Below, piece after piece: positions 56,779-60,794 of a stretch of 60,794 nucleotides of DNA; positions within the stretch are counted from its first letter, which is position 1; each line of letters begins with the position of its first letter. The notes under the pieces are model-generated. The model was not told the DNA's origin. It did no database searches and saw nothing but the letters and a program-made list of their open reading frames with translations. The position numbers and the translations under genes are program-made. Origin of the DNA: Bacteroidota bacterium (GTDB taxonomy: Bacteria > Bacteroidota > Bacteroidia > NS11-12g > UBA955); contig JBJOHK010000114.1 in assembly GCA_046047755.1 (NCBI GenBank), forward strand, positions 1 through 60,794, written 5' to 3'.

Positions 56779-57333
56779 TTATTTTTTTATTAGATCTTTC
56801 AATTTATCCCATCGTGGATCGACGGAAGTTTGTTCGTTGTTCTTGTTGTTCAGTTCGTCAAGTTTCTGAATCATTTGATTATTGCACGGCTTATTCTCCA
56901 AATTGTCGCAGTTTTTTAACATGGGCAAACTGAAACAAGCCGTTTCAAACACCACTTGTGAAAGGTCAAAATTGATGGCTGATGGCAAAAGGTAAACCAA
57001 TTCTACCCCGTCATCTTCAAATTGACGCTGTTCACTCTCCTCTTCACTATTCAAACGATAAATCAATTTGTATTGACCGTGAACAGGAAAATCAATGGGT
57101 TCCAAACACCGACCGCATTGTTGTCGCAATGTACCTAGAACTTCAAACTGAACATGGATCCAGTTTTTTGTTTTTTCCAGGTTGACATTCAACTCCAACT
57201 CTGCGTTCAGAATTTCGTTGTAATCAAATAATTCAAAGAACGCCAAATCCAAAGAATGCGAAAATTGATGTTGCCCTTCTTTGAGTTTCACAAACTCGAC
57301 AACCAACTTATCACGATCAAAGGACATAGTCAC
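56779..57333 (-). CDS. DUF177 (YceD-like) protein
   Basis: It sits in the conserved position upstream of rpmF-plsX-fabH and carries the CGRCLEPIDFPV Cys motif. The track start 57333 is GTG, and an ATG at 57327 is an alternative. Confidence 0.8.
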   Translation of the reverse strand: MTMSFDRDKLVVEFVKLKEGQHQFSHSLDLAFFELFDYNEILNAELELNVNLEKTKNWIHVQFEVLGTLRQQCGRCLEPIDFPVHGQYKLIYRLNSEEESEQRQFEDDGVELVYLLPSAINFDLSQVVFETACFSLPMLKNCDNLENKPCNNQMIQKLDELNNKNNEQTSVDPRWDKLKDLIKK

Positions 57334-57345
57334 TCAAACGAACGG

Positions 57346-57353
57346 CAAATTTA
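57346..57353 (-). promoter_or_regulatory. Candidate -7 box (TAAATTTG on the minus strand) for the yceD-rpmF-plsX-fabH operon
   Basis: Exact TAnnTTTG match on the minus strand, 12-18 nt upstream of the candidate starts. Confidence 0.3.
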
Positions 57354-57401
57354 ATCCTTTTTTTAACCTTTTCAAACAATAAGCTAGCGAAATACAGGAA
57401 T

Positions 57402-57430
57402 AAAAAAAGGGGGACCAAAGCCCCCCTTTT
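57402..57430 (-). terminator. Rho-independent terminator after gldN
   Basis: The minus strand reads GGGGGGC-tttg-GTCCCCC followed by TTTTTTT, 17 nt after the gldN stop. Confidence 0.7.
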
Positions 57431-57446
57431 CAAAAAGAATCATTTC

Positions 57447-58448
57447 TTAATACTCCCACAAATCGTGCTCAAAAATGAAGAGATCATTCTTGACTTTTTC
57501 ACCTTCCAACAAAGCAGCAAGCTGATCTTGTTGAAATTCGGGCTTATCGTTGATATAACGATCATCCCAATCGGTGGTTTTTACAATGTACGAATCGAAC
57601 AAGCGATGCAAATTGATTTGCTGATCCCAGTTCAAACGCATGACATCATTGTAGCGATTGTACACTTCACACTTAGCCAAAGTGGGGCGGCAATCATCCA
57701 TTTTCATCCAGAAAGGCTTCTCATCATAGGTACGACCCATGATTGAACGCGGCTTAACAGGTGCAATGGCGATAATAATAGGCTTCCACTCTCCGTGTTT
57801 GTAATCGAATACCCAATCTTCCATGATTTCAAACTTTTCAATTTTACTCCAGTCGAAATACTCGGCAAAAGAAGTATCAATCAAGTCAGTCGGATCATCA
57901 GAACCTGGACGCTGTTTCTGCGTGGTGATAATTTCAGCCGTAGAGCGAATGATGTCTTCAGGAGTCATCACGCGATTCAAAGAATCTGAAGTGTAAGCGC
58001 GTACAAGACCCTTAGTGCCCAATTCCCAAAAAACTTGTGAAATTGGCTGCTTGGGCCAAGTCCAACAGCGATTCATTTTTTGACGCAAGTCAATGACACG
58101 CCATACGCGACGACGCATTTTTACATCTGCCTCACGCAAATAAGGACGAGCAATTACAACACCTTCTTTGATGCGTGTGTTACCATCATTCTCTACATAA
58201 GCAGGCTCGTAATGAGACTCGGCAGGATCATCATAGTGCGTACCAATCGTAGGAATAACGATTTCTACTGTAACGGGTGCAGCAGGTGTAGTGGAGCCTT
58301 CTGAGCTACCTTCTGAAGATCCACCTCCAGAGTCACCCCAGCCACCGCCTCCGCTCCCGCCGTCATCACCCCAGCCGCCGCCCCAACCGTCTTGGGCTGA
58401 AACTTGAGCTGTAGCGATAAGCGCCAAAATGAATGCTATTTTTTTCAT
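57447..58448 (-). CDS. gldN: Gliding motility / T9SS protein GldN
   Basis: The conserved motif is RRVWRVIDLRQKMN. It sits directly downstream of gldM and has a signal peptide. Confidence 0.85.
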   Translation of the reverse strand: MKKIAFILALIATAQVSAQDGWGGGWGDDGGSGGGGWGDSGGGSSEGSSEGSTTPAAPVTVEIVIPTIGTHYDDPAESHYEPAYVENDGNTRIKEGVVIARPYLREADVKMRRRVWRVIDLRQKMNRCWTWPKQPISQVFWELGTKGLVRAYTSDSLNRVMTPEDIIRSTAEIITTQKQRPGSDDPTDLIDTSFAEYFDWSKIEKFEIMEDWVFDYKHGEWKPIIIAIAPVKPRSIMGRTYDEKPFWMKMDDCRPTLAKCEVYNRYNDVMRLNWDQQINLHRLFDSYIVKTTDWDDRYINDKPEFQQDQLAALLEGEKVKNDLFIFEHDLWEY

Positions 58449-58456
58449 GTTATTTT

Positions 58457-60121
58457 TTATTGGAGTGTTCCGCCAGCGTTGTCCAGGAATTTAACCTGTT
58501 TATCGGGGCCAACGGCACGAATTTGATCGAATTGAATCACATCACCAGATCCCAAGCGAGCCAACAATGGCTTAATGGGCTCCAAGCTAGCGCCGTCCAC
58601 GTTGATCACTTTAGGACCATTAGTACGACGACCTACGCAAGTGAAGCGATAACCAACGATGTTGTATTTAACACCGTCGTAGATGAAGTTGTCCAACTGA
58701 GCGACAGCCGTACTTTGAACTTTCATAGAAGACAAAGAAATAGGACCGGCGAACCCAACAGAACCAGCTTTGAAGTAAGGACGGGGTACATTACGAACCT
58801 TGAACTTCTTCTTACCCATAGAAACCACACGGCCATCAGGCAGTTTCGCTGCCACTTCTACCATGCACTCGTTTCCTTGACGGGTTGGAACCAAAACTTT
58901 ATATTTTCCTGGAGGGCCATTCACCAATTTGGTACCACCGCCGACAACGCGAACCATTACGTTTTTAGGATCTACACCACCTACTGAAACAGAGATAGGG
59001 TTATCCAAACCTACGTAGAATACATTCAATTCATCTGCAGAGATAGCCGCTTGAGGAGCAAACACACTGTACTCAGCTTCTGTTTCGTAAACTTTTGGAG
59101 CTCCACCACCAGGAGTGGGAACCTCAATGCCTACTTTGTATTTTGCTCCACCAGGTGACTGAGGAGTAACCTTGTACTTACCTACACCGGCCACAACATC
59201 AATGGGGTTACCATTGACCAAAACACGCATTTGAGCTTTGGAGTTGTAAGCGGCCAACAAAATGTTGGCTTCGTAAGTTTGACCGGTTAATACCGCACTC
59301 ATGGGAGAAGAAACCACAGGAATCAAAGAATCGAATTTGTAATCAGTTGCGTTAACTGATTCTGCCAATGCCTGGGCTATTTCAGCCTCAAGAGCACGAC
59401 AATCGTTCTCAATCTTACTCAACATGGCGAAAACACCACCCAAGGGAGAGTGCTCCAAATACATGGAAACCCAAGTTTGAGCGGTTCCAGTGCTACTCGT
59501 TCCATCTTCCGCGTACAATGAAGTCTTTGACTCAATAGCGGCTTTGCGATCCTTCAAGAACTTAATGGTCTCTGGATTTTTAGCCAAACCAGTGTCTTTG
59601 GTTGCGTTTTCCAAAACACCCAATAAGGCATTACGGGTATCGTTAATGGCTTTTTGCAATTCTTTACCGCGACGTCCCTCTTCTTCCACTACGAAATAAT
59701 TCGCGTGAATCTCCATGTTGTCACCCTGCATAAGCTCATTAACTCCACCTTTGACCAATTGACCTTCTTCATCAGACTTACGGCCAGACTTAGGATCTTT
59801 ACCGTCTCCTGACAAAATCAAAAGATCATTTTTGATTTGGCCAAGCTTTTTGATCAGCTGTTCGCTGATTTTATGAGCTTCATTAACTTTCTCCACTGCA
59901 ACTTTTGCCGCTTGGTTGTCTTGACTAGCCGTTTTTTGAAGGGCTGCCAAAACAGCGTTGTTCTTTTGAACAATGTTGCGAGTAGAATTATCAAGGGAGT
60001 TTTCAATCAAATTGAAAGCCTTGATGATCTCTTTTGATACGTTCAACGCCAAAAGCGCAGTCAACACGAGATACATCATGTTGATCATCTTCTGACGCGC
60101 TGACAATTTACCACCTGCCAT
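58457..60121 (-). CDS. gldM: Gliding motility / T9SS protein GldM
   Basis: The hallmark N-terminus is MAGGKLSARQKMINMMYLVLTALLALNVSKEI. The protein is 554 aa. Confidence 0.9.
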   Translation of the reverse strand: MAGGKLSARQKMINMMYLVLTALLALNVSKEIIKAFNLIENSLDNSTRNIVQKNNAVLAALQKTASQDNQAAKVAVEKVNEAHKISEQLIKKLGQIKNDLLILSGDGKDPKSGRKSDEEGQLVKGGVNELMQGDNMEIHANYFVVEEEGRRGKELQKAINDTRNALLGVLENATKDTGLAKNPETIKFLKDRKAAIESKTSLYAEDGTSSTGTAQTWVSMYLEHSPLGGVFAMLSKIENDCRALEAEIAQALAESVNATDYKFDSLIPVVSSPMSAVLTGQTYEANILLAAYNSKAQMRVLVNGNPIDVVAGVGKYKVTPQSPGGAKYKVGIEVPTPGGGAPKVYETEAEYSVFAPQAAISADELNVFYVGLDNPISVSVGGVDPKNVMVRVVGGGTKLVNGPPGKYKVLVPTRQGNECMVEVAAKLPDGRVVSMGKKKFKVRNVPRPYFKAGSVGFAGPISLSSMKVQSTAVAQLDNFIYDGVKYNIVGYRFTCVGRRTNGPKVINVDGASLEPIKPLLARLGSGDVIQFDQIRAVGPDKQVKFLDNAGGTLQ

Positions 60122-60161
60122 TTGTTATCTTTTTAAGTTTATGTGGTACAGTCAGTTACAA

Positions 60162-60776
60162 TTAGTTTTTCGCTCCGCCCATGGCACTCAACATGTTGCC
60201 ATAAATGGAGTTCAAATTGTTCAAGTTGCGGTTCAATTGAGCCAATTCTTGGTTGAAAGTAGCAGTAGCATTTTCAGTTGCCATCAAATTGTTCAATGCA
60301 GAACCCAATCCGCTGGAGAAATTACCCATAGAATCGCTTACCATAGCAGTGCTATCAGCAATAGAAGCCATGTTCGTAGCTGCTTTATGAGCGTTTTCAG
60401 AGTATTCTTTAGTAGCAACAGCCGCACTTGACATGCTAGCCATATCTTTTACATTAGTGCTCAACGAAGTCAAACCAGTTCCCAAAGACTCGATCAATTC
60501 AGGACCAATTTTGGCTTGAGACAACATTGAATCCAATTGCTGGGAAACACTTCCACCAGACTTTTTCTTAGAACCAGGATCTCCACCAGCCAATTCAGGG
60601 TATACCAAAGACCAATCTGGATCCATGTGTACGGGTTCGAACGCTGAAATAACGAAAATACCAGCCTCAGTCAACAGACCTACACTCAGCATGATATCTG
60701 CACCTTTCAAGTGAAGAATTTTAAACAGAGCCCCCACAATTACGACGGCCGCACCGATACCATAAACGAAGTTCAT
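60162..60776 (-). CDS. gldL: Gliding motility / T9SS protein GldL
   Basis: YGIGAAVVIVGALFKILHLKGADIMLSVGLLTEAGIFVISAFEP shows the two TM helices with the conserved Glu. The protein is 204 aa. gldK would lie beyond the right edge. Confidence 0.9.
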   Translation of the reverse strand: MNFVYGIGAAVVIVGALFKILHLKGADIMLSVGLLTEAGIFVISAFEPVHMDPDWSLVYPELAGGDPGSKKKSGGSVSQQLDSMLSQAKIGPELIESLGTGLTSLSTNVKDMASMSSAAVATKEYSENAHKAATNMASIADSTAMVSDSMGNFSSGLGSALNNLMATENATATFNQELAQLNRNLNNLNSIYGNMLSAMGGAKN

Positions 60777-60794
60777 GGTAGTTTTGAACTTTTT

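Noticed and set aside
1-60794. I searched for rRNA, tRNA, tmRNA, riboswitches, transposases, integrases, phage genes, toxin-antitoxin pairs and known defence systems.
   Set aside because: No T-loop-like GGTTCGA(A/G)TCC motifs occur in intergenic DNA. No intergenic gap is large enough apart from 39.9-40.1 kb. No ORF has recombinase, transposase or nuclease-defence hallmarks. The window appears to be core chromosome.

Overview
This is a compact chromosomal segment from a Bacteroidota genome, probably a gliding, T9SS-bearing Flavobacteriia/Cytophagia-like lineage. The evidence for that placement is gldL-gldM-gldN at the right edge, proteins with type A and type B T9SS C-terminal sorting domains, recurrent TAnnTTTG (-7) promoter boxes, and no obvious Shine-Dalgarno sequences. 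I support about 49 protein-coding genes, almost all housekeeping. They include dnaE (partial, and absent from the ORF track because it runs off the left edge), recF, purN, trxA, pyrC, rseP, maeB, fumC, folP, rpe, sppA, a TetR-TolC-MFP-RND efflux operon, lon, pfkA, recN, rnhA, cinA, guaA, and the fabH-plsX-rpmF-yceD cluster. I found no rRNA, tRNA, CRISPR array, transposase, integrase or recognisable defence system. Several ORF-track N-termini begin at TTG or GTG and are probably over-extended. The parts that existing feature types do not explain are listed here. (1) A 1073-aa protein fuses a signal peptide and a beta-rich, outer-membrane-barrel-like domain to a ~500-aa coiled coil studded with cysteines, with 60-nt tandem coding repeats that have diverged almost only at synonymous sites. 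(2) Three uncharacterised envelope genes lie downstream of lon: an untracked 51-aa membrane peptide, a secreted protein with an apparently cysteine-less thioredoxin-like C-terminus, and an anchored coiled-coil protein. (3) A ~265-bp ORF-free spacer sits between two facing terminators. (4) An RsmB-like methyltransferase has a conserved N-terminus with no canonical start codon. None of these can be called a new system from sequence alone, and all functional ideas are labelled as inference.
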